Of a stretch of 64,000 nt of DNA, positions 37,942 through 45,169 are shown piece after piece; the stretch's first letter is position 1, and each line of letters starts with the position of its first letter. The notes beneath the pieces are model-generated. The model did not search any database. It was not told the DNA's origin and saw only the letters and a list, made by a program, of their open reading frames with translations. Source of the DNA: Lingula anatina. Lineage: Eukaryota > Animalia > Brachiopoda. The stretch covers positions 20,584,001 through 20,648,000 of the forward strand of contig CM120642.1 of assembly GCA_051362555.1 (NCBI GenBank), read 5' to 3'. Made by a program: the position numbers and the translations under genes.

Positions 37942-40583
37942 GTATAATTAGTCATGGATTCCTTCTTATGCACAGGACTAAAGATTTCAAACAGTGAACA
38001 TTTTACAGCTGTACTTTTCATTCCTATTTATTTTTCAAATTTTAATTTTATTTTCTTTCAGTATAATATTAGCTTGTTTTTTTTTCAACCGTGTTTCATT
38101 CTGCAGTATCTCATTCAATCTTCTGGCAGTGGCCCATCTATCTTCAAATTGTATATCTTTCTTAAACGTCTCAACACAAATACCATTTCAATGTTCTCTT
38201 TCCTAATTCCAAATCTTCACAACATAAAGTACCTACACAACAAATATCAGGTATTTTACTTAGCTAAACAGAATTTACTTCATACAAGTCCTAAGCTTTG
38301 CATTCCCCAAATAGATATTCACCTCTTTTATCTTGGCTACAAAAAGCTTTTTAAACGATATGTAAAGTAGTGTTTGCATACATTTGTCTGCTATCCCAGG
38401 GAGAAAGCCACTATCATTGTTGTTAAGGAGCATACTCGCCTGGCTGATGAGCTCCTGGATAGTCAATCAATATCTCCATTAGAGCTCGTCCCACCAACAC
38501 CAGACTATTGATTTGCGCGAGTCCCTTTTACCTTAGCTTCTCCATTGACCAATGAAATCCTGCCATGTTGGCTAAGTGATCAATAGCTTTTCTGATGCAA
38601 AGCATCAAAATACAAGTAAATCCATCTGAATCTTTTATTCTTGCCATTTGACCCAAAACATCTTTATTTAGAGCATTTGTTGATGCAGCTATGTTTTTCA
38701 TTCCCGGAATGAACAGACAATGAGCTATATAGCAAAAACTGCTAGCACGATATAGAAGAAAATTTTGCTGCCACGGCACATGTATATACACACACCATAT
38801 CATGCATAGCCATAATTTGGGTAATTACCCTTGTTTATAAAATATTCTGCCCGCTCAAAATTACAGTTTTACTCATGGCTAGCTGCTATCATGCTGAATA
38901 TCTCTCTCTTCCCATTATCTCTGCACTCTTAATGGTTTTGTGCTTAGCACACTGTCCCCTCACCTGCGGTTATCATTTAACCTTCTTCCTGTTAGAATAA
39001 CTTTCTGACCAGTAGCAAAAATGATGCAAAGATTTGCAGTATAGAGGCTTAAACCTTTCAAATGTCTTTTTTTTTTCCTTAACCAAATTCAGTTTCCTTT
39101 TTTGTGCATAGTTTCAAAGCTTTCAATTAATATTACAGTTGATATCCCTTGGGTTAACTGTTAGTCACTCCTCTGTAATGACTGTGAAAGAGATTACTGT
39201 TCCTACAACAGTGCTTACAATACTATACTGTGTTACTACAGAAGCTTAAAAGATAAACATAAGTTATTCAGCTAGTTATTTTGGGGCTTCAAAATGAATA
39301 GGAACAGCCATATTTTAACGGAAAGTAATGTACATACACACGATACAGTTATCCTATGCTTTCTACAGCTTCTCATATATCTATCAAGATAAAATTTGAA
39401 GCATACAAATAATAACCAACTTATCAATGTCCCAGTTTTAGAAGTTCAAGATAAAAACAAACATCTCAGTTTCTGCCTTACCTATTAATATCTGGGAATT
39501 CTCCTCCTGGTACATTCTGAAAAATAAATTATATTTCATTTGAGAACACTGAAGATTTTAATATCAATAACATATAACAACTGTATAATCTCAAAAACTA
39601 TATATGTAGTATATTCCCTATGCCCCAAATGTTGTATCAAATAATCAACCTGGCAAACGATGTGATATAACCAGATACGTACTTTACTTCCAGATCTGTT
39701 ACAGTTAGTCCCCATAGTTCTGCCTTTAGTATAATCTAGAACAAACTTCTGGAGAAAACAGAACACATTCAGAAAAGACCAAAATCCAAACAACATCTGT
39801 ATGGACATCTTTGGAAGGTAGGAGACACTATAGCCACAGTACAGAAGACGGGGCAGTTGGGCCACTTATTCTTATCAACTGTTCTAATCTCATTCTATAT
39901 GACTTGGCACAAGACCACAGGTGAAAACAGAAAGCTAGTAATCAACCCCCTTGTCTTGATCAAGATGTATCTATGGCCACATCTGACTACTTAAATGTTA
40001 AGTATACACGTGTCCAAGAGCCAAATAATACACTATAATTTACAAAACTGTAATCATTTCTGTGAAATGTACTTGATGATACAATCTTGAAAAAACATAA
40101 AAAGAACACCATGAGCACTGTAATCTCTACAATACAAGTTCACGTCGATGTAGATCAACGTGTTTTGAAATTTCATGTACTGTACGTGATGTAGGTTATT
40201 TCGCACTCACAGGCAAGTGTGGACCGTCCACCATGTATCTGAGTTCATTGTCAGTTTGGATAAATACTGAAATATAAAATACGACACTCTGAACCAATTG
40301 AACGACGATTTTTGTCAATCTATGTAAAAAAAAATTACATCGGAGATTATATCGAAGTCTGAAGTGAGAATGATGTCAAGACGATAAATTTCACACAGAC
40401 ATACGTCCACTTTACTTCAAGGTTATATTATTTATCACAGATCGAGTGATGTTTATGTAGTAAATTACCTTGTCCATGGCTATCAAATCCTTGAATTCCT
40501 TGTGTGTTGCTGGTAAAAACGTTTAAAAACAGAAGTATATTCAAGAATTCTAAAACAATCTCCCCTCTTTCACTGCCCGCCAT
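53..40583 (-). CDS. TMEM131: Transmembrane protein 131 (TMEM131), spliced gene, 35 coding exons in the window, 3' end truncated by the window edge
   Basis: GT-AG exons join with consistent phases into ~1915 codons. Recognisable TMEM131 motifs: IRFDPPMLDF, VGMPHMETV, VPPGGNTTFEVVFLARQVGNVENTLYIHTS, VFGVGIPNPYRLRPFLGARVPLNSSFSPLI, RNNLT, FTVKRTF..N.GELP, FSPDFT, CSAALPRPSWE plus TM helix, DTSSTTTESS, RSSSYSSVVSS. Confidence 0.95.
549..718. repeat. Imperfect (TG)n/(TGCG)n microsatellite abutting the exon 34 donor
   Basis: Directly visible. Confidence 0.9.
724..855 (-). CDS. TMEM131: TMEM131 exon 34
   Basis: GSSFLQPPSTSGSMFGGQENMTMMQRLQQERRQRLAEYQQKLLQ; tandem CAGCAG acceptor (855 or 858). Confidence 0.82.
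1181..1347 (-). CDS. TMEM131: TMEM131 exon 33 (acceptor uncertain)
   Basis: ...WYSPYRASSLFVLPSIHENSMNSQSKVSPVDSFSQPTTHTYGLGD|gtgagt; the acceptor at 1347 was chosen for phase compatibility. Confidence 0.6.
1530..1710. mobile_element. MITE in TMEM131 intron 32
   Basis: TTTCACAAAAAAACTTAA.GTCAG / CTGACTTAAGTTTTTTT..GTGAAA inverted arms; CAG on both flanks. Confidence 0.6.
1789..1957 (-). CDS. TMEM131: TMEM131 exon 32
   Basis: AIMASKAAAAGLIPGKAVSAVGG...GTGQELG; donor position uncertain. Confidence 0.7.
2114..2341 (-). CDS. TMEM131: TMEM131 exon 31
   Basis: DLSELAEQTENFALRHGKQLLGSPDHLSSSSRSSSYSSVVSS...NPFDYS; phase 1-1. Confidence 0.87.
3180..3560. repeat. C/A-rich degenerate minisatellite
   Basis: Recurrent CCACCCATCCTACACACACCCA / CAGACATTTACCCACCC units. 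Confidence 0.8.
3587..3694 (-). CDS. TMEM131: TMEM131 exon 30
   Basis: GSIIESHLTGGDPDSPWSGKDSPPPLWDQPIPIPST (SPPP.WD motif); phase 1-1. Confidence 0.8.
4912..5069 (-). CDS. TMEM131: TMEM131 exon 29
   Basis: TIELPYTTKLEEEERAAIREEPTSPHALAADIATKCLKKNIKGTDKQAKQAK; phase 2-1. Confidence 0.82.
5302..5716 (-). CDS. TMEM131: TMEM131 exon 28 (Lys/Arg-rich, DTSSTTTESS motif)
   Basis: AKPRPKRKSK...DDTSSTTTESSGGD...VDPKNAFGGNIHRP; donor gtgagt. Confidence 0.9.
5963..7014 (-). CDS. TMEM131: TMEM131 exon 27 (1052 nt; transmembrane segment and start of cytoplasmic tail)
   Basis: FSPDFTMSRVRRLL...CSAALPRPSWEPIIYYSTVCLMGFLTFCIFVASYFEADRI...; matches ORF 5916..6995. Confidence 0.95.
7294..7489 (-). CDS. TMEM131: TMEM131 exon 26
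   Basis: PSFTVKRTFTTRNSGELPVYVHGFSINDEPCQGYGFKVLNCEGFELKPNQTKKIDIA. Confidence 0.93.
7863..8005 (-). CDS. TMEM131: TMEM131 exon 25
   Basis: NNLTIIDAIVVEGRGSYGQLKFSGRKPGSPNPLSFEMTEKVLSGCEK. Confidence 0.92.
8144..8316 (-). CDS. TMEM131: TMEM131 exon 24
   Basis: KRPDNAVPEMRQWVTDYFGVKPHKHTIATILNGRGGVRCLAGFSPKDDSIRSTLIVIR. Confidence 0.85.
8551..8629 (-). CDS. TMEM131: TMEM131 exon 23
   Basis: FSDHLSDYVETDDQDIFTLENLELYD; phase 2-0 bridges exons 22 and 24. Confidence 0.82.
8837..8946 (-). CDS. TMEM131: TMEM131 exon 22
   Basis: DIFFMVVNPSDVPVIIQVLPLSLYPNPQVLLDMLSS. Confidence 0.9.
9255..9411 (-). CDS. TMEM131: TMEM131 exon 21
   Basis: FNVTIQLNTDYVRGFLFPAQVQFSWPTL...LRFPLTQVGNKS. Confidence 0.9.
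9668..9861 (-). CDS. TMEM131: TMEM131 exon 20
   Basis: IGKLSFDARQGCEEDCYVGLPTHTPAGHQWLLGL...KWENVGSIEKN. Confidence 0.92.
10214..10432. mobile_element. Diverged MITE family A copy nested in the HINE
   Basis: Shares CACTAAATTGC...TTTCAGTAGGCG.GACAGAC..CTAAGCC core; flanks TTA/TAA. Confidence 0.6.
10533..10618. repeat. (TA)n microsatellite, ~42 units
   Basis: Directly visible. Confidence 0.95.
13051..13703. repeat. Four tandem ~160-bp units inside the HINE
   Basis: CATA(T/C)ATGCTGAAA recurs at 13051, 13212, 13372, 13530, 13690. Confidence 0.9.
14095..14561. repeat. About three more ~160-bp units inside the HINE
   Basis: Same unit, with starts at 14245 and 14406 and a divergent first copy. 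Confidence 0.85.
14960..15112 (-). CDS. TMEM131: TMEM131 exon 19
   Basis: GKVLSQDFRINSTFDGVIEAGEVIFIPEDSRFHYERANVKPLWIYYHDHNI. Confidence 0.88.
15378..15464 (-). CDS. TMEM131: TMEM131 exon 18
   Basis: TQYIPLTLMTVEGGLMAVPEVLMFENAFP. Confidence 0.88.
15811..15915 (-). CDS. TMEM131: TMEM131 exon 17
   Basis: LVLKPYHFAVFRVNLHAPDEEGSYAAEVLIYTNFE. Confidence 0.9.
16200..16322 (-). CDS. TMEM131: TMEM131 exon 16
   Basis: VTIYEFSSNMLRTTVELLGVEKGNGTALTREHNVSEIDTSP. Confidence 0.88.
16613..16723 (-). CDS. TMEM131: TMEM131 exon 15
   Basis: VIHHRPEVFKGQLDFGVMGVGDRRKLTFTLRNDNPID. Confidence 0.9.
17121..17291 (-). CDS. TMEM131: TMEM131 exon 14
   Basis: VLNFTHPMLVPPRETVVPFQLKFHPNSSDLHFTGPVRVYTNASVFFIPLRVYNGKLK. 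Confidence 0.9.
17636..17795 (-). CDS. TMEM131: TMEM131 exon 13
   Basis: SLVYELASTEFYVGSKKSPPKNVTVSLPLTNTFNFTLVIYNVTLPPNIREYFT. Confidence 0.9.
17932..18037 (-). CDS. TMEM131: TMEM131 exon 12
   Basis: ASKGLNPKQYSGRILVKSKNNHHRLYIPYEAEVLHG. Confidence 0.9.
18375..18483 (-). CDS. TMEM131: TMEM131 exon 11
   Basis: SVSLFPPNDAVSIDFRPIKIQPDVLQPTTVATITYT. Confidence 0.9.
18778..18896 (-). CDS. TMEM131: TMEM131 exon 10
   Basis: APGLYCPYELLDFGILRTHDSPRSLRLNLVNSGTKAVHIQ. Confidence 0.92.
18946..19090 (+). mobile_element. Probable DNA-transposon terminal fragment
   Basis: CAGTGTTAGAAATTAA start followed by GC-rich short subterminal repeats (CTGGAC/GTCCAG, GGGCTGA); no partner TIR seen. Confidence 0.3.
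20169..20319 (-). CDS. TMEM131: TMEM131 exon 9
   Basis: EIPPYETKPVMRASFVGRNENNHTAFIRIKTSKDEKKQMLVLPVEVEVSS. Confidence 0.93.
20865..20945 (-). CDS. TMEM131: TMEM131 exon 8
   Basis: VVEMYASGGDLHLELPTGEKEAPKNLW. Confidence 0.93.
23138..23260 (-). CDS. TMEM131: TMEM131 exon 7
   Basis: VFGVGIPNPYRLRPFLGARVPLNSSFSPLIHMHNPHSTALQ. Confidence 0.95.
25479..25592 (-). CDS. TMEM131: TMEM131 exon 6
   Basis: LVPPGGNTTFEVVFLARQVGNVENTLYIHTSQGTFKYQ. Confidence 0.95.
26438..26662. mobile_element. PIF/Harbinger (Tourist-like) MITE, family A
   Basis: Long imperfect inverted arms (GATTTAGATCGA...TCGATCTAAAATC; CACTAAATTGCAGTCAGC...GCTGACAGTAATTTAGTG); TAA direct repeat on both sides. Confidence 0.75.
27612..27735 (-). 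CDS. TMEM131: TMEM131 exon 5
   Basis: AVGMPHMETVTVHNPDTINSLHLLSISGSTLHFHCSFFQDK; canonical sites. Confidence 0.92.
28640..29561 (-). mobile_element. Possible decayed hAT-like DNA transposon left end
   Basis: Minus strand begins CAGGCCTATAGCCAGGTTTTT..GGGGGGG, a common hAT-type terminus, followed by broken frames loosely resembling a TTF-type zinc finger. Confidence 0.35.
30941..30983. repeat. (AAT)n microsatellite
   Basis: Directly visible. Confidence 0.95.
31025..31093 (-). CDS. TMEM131: TMEM131 exon 4
   Basis: LQESRLPSSPIRFDPPMLDFDE; ttttacag / gtaagt; phase 2-2. Confidence 0.9.
31430..32210. mobile_element. CpG-rich Harbinger-like non-autonomous element with internal 102-bp tandem repeats and duplicated right end
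   Basis: TIR GCCCCTATTTCACACAGACCACGA / TCGTGGTCTGTGTGAAATAGGGGC; flanks TTA/TAA; units start at 31509, 31611, 31713; extra right TIR ends at ~32041. Confidence 0.8.
33624..33692. repeat. (GA)n microsatellite
   Basis: Directly visible. Confidence 0.95.
35141..35185. repeat. (CA)n microsatellite
   Basis: Directly visible. Confidence 0.95.
37901..37941. repeat. (TTTA)n microsatellite
   Basis: Directly visible. Confidence 0.9.
38050..38820 (-). mobile_element. Possible decayed LINE 3' fragment
   Basis: Interrupted minus-strand frames (…AKLRTCMK*…KYL…RFGI…; ASTNAL.KDVLGQMAR) loosely recall the C-terminal region of invertebrate L2/CR1-group ORF2. Confidence 0.3.
39482..39516 (-). CDS. TMEM131: TMEM131 exon 3 (35-nt small exon)
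   Basis: tttttcag|NVPGGEFPDIN|gtaag; phase 0-2 is required to join exons 2 and 4. Confidence 0.75.
40211..40266 (-). CDS. TMEM131: TMEM131 exon 2
   Basis: tttcag|..|gtgagt; (V)FIQTDNELRYMVDGPHLP, resembles the N-terminal AFVQS motif; phase 1-0. Confidence 0.85.
40469..40583 (-). CDS. TMEM131: TMEM131 coding exon 1 (start codon, signal-peptide-like)
   Basis: ATGGCG start; MAGSERGEIVLEFLNILLFLNVFTSNTQGIQGFDSHGQ; donor AAG|gtaatt, phase 1. Confidence 0.8.
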
Positions 40584-41000
40584 GCTTCTTTATTTGGAAC
40601 TACGTCTACCATAGATAAAACTTGGAGACATAGTTTCGGCATGTAAACAAAAACAATGTCATGAATATTTTATGAATGCGTTAAAGTAATAAGACTGCTT
40701 GTCTCATTATTTGATGATAAATTCGTAATGTATCTACTCTTTCTATTCGATTATAGAACACAAACATATTTTATTTCACGTAAATTCAAAATATATCTTT
40801 AGCTCTGCTTGGTTACTTGGAGACTGCTGCTATTAAAATACCTATTTTGATTGGTCCACATAAGCAAATGGTCTATGTGATAAAAAAAGAAAATAGTGGT
40901 ATTGTGCGTTACTTTTTATTATCTCAGAACTACAAAATTAACTTGCCATATTTAAAAGATACCATTTTATCACAAGGTATATTTTGTTTCATTAATTGAT
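40584..41000. promoter_or_regulatory. Putative promoter region of TMEM131, possibly bidirectional with the ELMOD gene
   Basis: Lies immediately upstream of the TMEM131 ATG. CpG content is locally higher around 40140-40800, and an ATTGG (inverted CCAAT) sits at 40850-40854. The divergent gene has no identified first exon. Confidence 0.45.
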
Positions 41001-41722
41001 GCAGACAAATGTTAAACAAAGACATTTTTCCATCGAGAGAGCAACACAAGTGTCCAATAGAATTGCTTTTAACAAAAGTGTTCAGAAAGCGCAATATTGG
41101 AAAATAGGATTAAGCTCTGATGAGGTAAGCAGGGAAACGTGTCGAATGGATATATTTTCAGAGCATTAATTTACTGGATTTAGTTGTGGGTCGTGTACCA
41201 CTTTATTGGTTCCTATTATCCCACTTTTAACAGACTGAAGAGACCCATCACAGCAATGGCATAATATGGAATTGGGGAGGGGTTCAAATGGGAGGGGGGG
41301 GGTATCACCCTGCTATTTTGCCTACCTTCAATGCCAGTACAGTACAGTACAGAATCAGCTCCAAAGGCAATCGTTGATATGATTAGATAGCGAAAAAATA
41401 TGATGATTTATGGAGTGCTAGAGATGAAAAACTCTGATGATAAAGTTTGGACTGGGGAAAAAAAGTAGTAATGCTAATGTCATTTCCAAATTACACCATA
41501 ATTGGGTTCCCTGTAAATTTAATCTTAAGAACTGTGTATATTTTGAAGACCACTTTTTTATTTGGTACTAAATTTGCAATCTGAATTTCCACTGTGAGGA
41601 AAATGCATTTGTGAACAGGGATATTTACATCTGACTTCAATGAAATTTGAGGGGCCCATAATTTGGGTAGTTAAAGACAATACTGTGCATGATCCCTTTA
41701 AATATAAGCCATGTCTTAGTAC

Positions 41723-43222
41723 TTTTTTATGTACAGACACATGTGTCTGTACATATTGCCATCACCTGCGTCTGTCGTCGCCGATGGCGATGGCGATGGC
41801 GATGCCGATGCCGATGCCGGCGCCGTGCACTTTCCTTGTAAACACGATAAGTGGAGGGCAGTTTTACTTTTTGGCTTTATATTTACAGAGCTGATGAATA
41901 TTCATAAAACGCAGGTCAAGTTCGAAAATCAGTATGATTGGGCCATTATTGTAGAAGTTATGCTGTTTTTTCACTTTTCAGCATATTTTTCACATTTCCT
42001 CAGATTCAATTCTTAGGCATGTTAACAGTCTCATTATTAAACTAATAAGATACATAAAAGTGTTTGTTTGACATTTCCTGCATCTTTACAACATTGTTAG
42101 TTGATTTTGTAAAAAAGATGGTAAACTTGTTATCATGTATTGTGTAATAAAGTTTCAAAAATAGAAAAAAACTCATATCATTGCAGTTTGTCAGATTCAA
42201 TCATTCACTATGTTCAGAATCTCAGAATGGAAGAAATTGGACATTTAACACTGCTCTGTTGATATTTTTCCCATCTCATCAATTTTCTTAGTTGATCATA
42301 TAAAAATGGCAGTAAACTGTTAATTTTGTTTTATGTTAAAAATTGTTAAAAATGGAAAAAAAAAAACATTTCAGAACAGTGCTGTCTTGTTTACATTTTG
42401 GCATTTTCAAGTTGTGACTTTGAAGTTCCATGGGCCTGAAGACCTTTGCTAGTCACATTTTCTGAACATCCATGATACTAATATTTTATTATTAAAAATT
42501 GATGGTCATTATGCTGTTAAACATTATGTAATATTGCATCAAAATTTGAAAAAAACCTATTTTGGGCACTGTTCCCATGATGACCATTTAAGAAAAAAAC
42601 CATGTCAATTACTGTTCTTAAACAGTACAGTAAATATATATAGATGTGTCTGTACATATTGACATCACCTGTGTCTGTCATCGCCGTCGCCGTGCACTTT
42701 CATTGTAAGCACGATAAGTGGAAGGCAGTTTTACTTTTGGGCTTTATATTTACAGAGCTGATGAATATTCATAAAACACAGGTCAAGTTCAAAAATCAGC
42801 ATGATCGGGCCTTTATTGTAGAAGTTATGCTTTTTTTTTTCACTTTTCAGCATATATGCAACACTGTAAACACATTTCAAGAAAAACCGATAGGCTTGTT
42901 GTCATGAAACTCACAGGAGTAATTGATCTTACTAAAACGCAAGTCAAGCATGCAGCCTGAGTTGGAAAAGCAGTCTAATTGGCTTCTTTTTCTGGAAGTT
43001 ATACATGTTCAAAGTGTGAACTTGAACTCCCATGGGCCTGAAGCCTTATGCTTGTTACACATTTTACTTACATTGGTATTACCTGTTGAGCATAATTAAA
43101 ATTTGATGTTAAATTTGCAGTTTAACATAATGTACTTTTGCATCAGAATTGACATTAGCCTATTTTGTGCATAGTTATTTCCTGCTTTTTGTCTGTACAT
43201 TTGACAGCTTTGCTGCCTTGTT
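41723..43222 (-). mobile_element. Second HINE-like copy (inverted) between the two genes
   Basis: Perfect 26-bp palindrome at 41729-41754, (GATGGC/GATGCC)n, ~160-bp core unit, and end ...GTCTGTACATTTGACAGCTTTGCTGCCTTGTT; interior is the reverse complement of parts of 11900-14660. Confidence 0.75.
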
Positions 43223-44273
43223 GAGAAAATGCACCTACCACCCATATCTTCAAACTTTTGTTCAAAGTTGAAAAAAAAGAAAGAAGTTGGTATTATTTAT
43301 GGTAGTTAGAGTCATCTTCATCAGTTCCAGACAATTGTATGTAAGCAGCATGAGTATTGTGTTATCAGTGATGACAATATTGTCATATCGCCTGAATCAC
43401 CAAACAAACATCAAAGAGTCGATGTTCATCTAGGTATGTGATCATTTTCCAAAGGAACAGATATATTAATTCCTGAGTCATGTTTGAGTCATATCATTTC
43501 ATATTGAGTGGAATTATATGCTACGTGTTATGTGATGATGTGTTTTCTGCCACATGGGATGTGATGATATGTTTTCTGCCACATGGGAATGAAGTAAAAA
43601 TTATGATAAGTAATGCTAGTTTTGTCCTCATTGATAGAGCAGCTTCGAAGAATTTATGAACTAAGACTTGAATGATATAGGGTTTCTGGAAACCACCATT
43701 ATAATAGGCTTGATTCTTTTCTTCCATGGTATTTGTAAGTACATACTGCTTATTTACTGATACCACTTCTTTTGACTTAATTAATATGAGTTTTATATTG
43801 CAGATAGTTGACACAAAGCCAAATGTTGTTTTATATTATGGTAGTTTGGTTCCTTCGGACTTGATATTTTGAGAAGTTTTTAGCTTTCTGATTAGTACAC
43901 TAAATAAGCTTGTGTTTCATAAAATGATAATGTGTTTGCAAACATGCCAATCTACCTACAAGTTGAAGACAAAGAAAAACTGCCATTGTCTGCAGTTATC
44001 TGATCAGGTTAATAGAATTGTTACTATTACAATGTTGGGTCAATGTCCTAAATAAAGGCTGGTATTATAAATGACAGCTGTGGTAGATGTGATGTCTTCT
44101 CTAGCACAATTATGACATGACACTCAGATGGGGCTGAGGTAAGGTTATAGAAAGGAGGGTAAAAAGTGAAGTTAACTCAATGGTACCATATTAATGTATT
44201 AATTAAATGGTTTAAGCCATAACACAATAAGCATGAGATATTAATAAAATTGCTATTGTGTGTATCTACCACT

Positions 44274-44274
<1 letters not shown>

Positions 44275-44325
<51 letters not shown>
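44275..44325. repeat. Poly-T tract (~51 nt)
   Basis: Directly visible. Confidence 0.95.
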
Positions 44326-44330
<5 letters not shown>

Positions 44331-44441
44331 ATTTTATGGAAGCTAATGGGGCATGAGTATTTTTTTAATGAAAACTACCAGTAATTATAAAAGGGGAAAA
44401 GATCAAAAACAGTAAACATCATTATCTGTTACTACTTCCAG

Positions 44442-44489
44442 GTTCACTTCCCAAGAGACCAAGCAGCCTCTTCCTCTTTTTCTGCTGAT
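44442..44489 (+). other. Candidate non-coding 5' UTR exon of the ELMOD gene
   Basis: ctacttccag| ... |gtgagt flanks, ~500 bp upstream of the first coding exon; splice-site evidence only. Confidence 0.4.
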
Positions 44490-45012
44490 GTGAGTTTGGT
44501 ATAGTTTTATCATTTGTAATATCTATGAGTTAGTTTCTCATCTGCTAGAAACTTTTTCAACTTTTGCCTTGACTTTTCTTCTTATTCAAAAGTCTGACAT
44601 TTCAATATTCTGAAGAGATTTAGAAATTCCTTAGTATAAATAAAAATTTTGTTGGTTTATGAGAACTGGCCCACGCTGGTTATAAGAAATTCAGAAAGGT
44701 TGAAATTCAAGAAGACAGATTGTGCCATTTTCTGAACTGAGAAGGCTTTTTAAAGTTAAATGATAAAGAAAAAAAAATAGTCCGTTTGTACCCAGGTTTG
44801 ATGTGAGTACCATACAAAAGAAGTAAAAGAAAACTGACTAAACTACATTAAAAACTGACTGTGATATGCACAATAAGTTTAATTTTGTCTCAGAAAAAGA
44901 TTGTCTTAATTTTCTTCAATCCTATTTATTACTGTTGTATACCGATCTGCTACCCTGCTCTTGACTATGCTCTATTCTTTCCAGCTAGTAGTGTGTCTGT
45001 TCCTAGTCCCTC

Positions 45013-45169
45013 ATGTTTTCTGTGCTGTGTAATCGTGTCTGGTATGCCGTCTACTTTACCCTGCTGCACCCCATGCTGAAGTGGTTGCTGCGGAAGGTCA
45101 CAGGGAAGTGTGAGCTCCTAAGAATATGCTATGGAGAGCAAGTTGGTGCTCCAAGAACAAGAGCTATTG
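45013..45169 (+). CDS. ELMOD2: ELMOD coding exon 1 (exon starts at about 44985 with a short 5' UTR)
   Basis: MFSVLCNRVWYAVYFTLLHPMLKWLLRKVTGKCELLRICYGEQVGAPRTRAI|gtaagt; preceded by a ttcttttccag acceptor, so an upstream non-coding exon is implied. Confidence 0.92.

Noticed and set aside
38440-38470. Second CTGATGAG hammerhead-like core
   Set aside because: No downstream GAAA or stem structure
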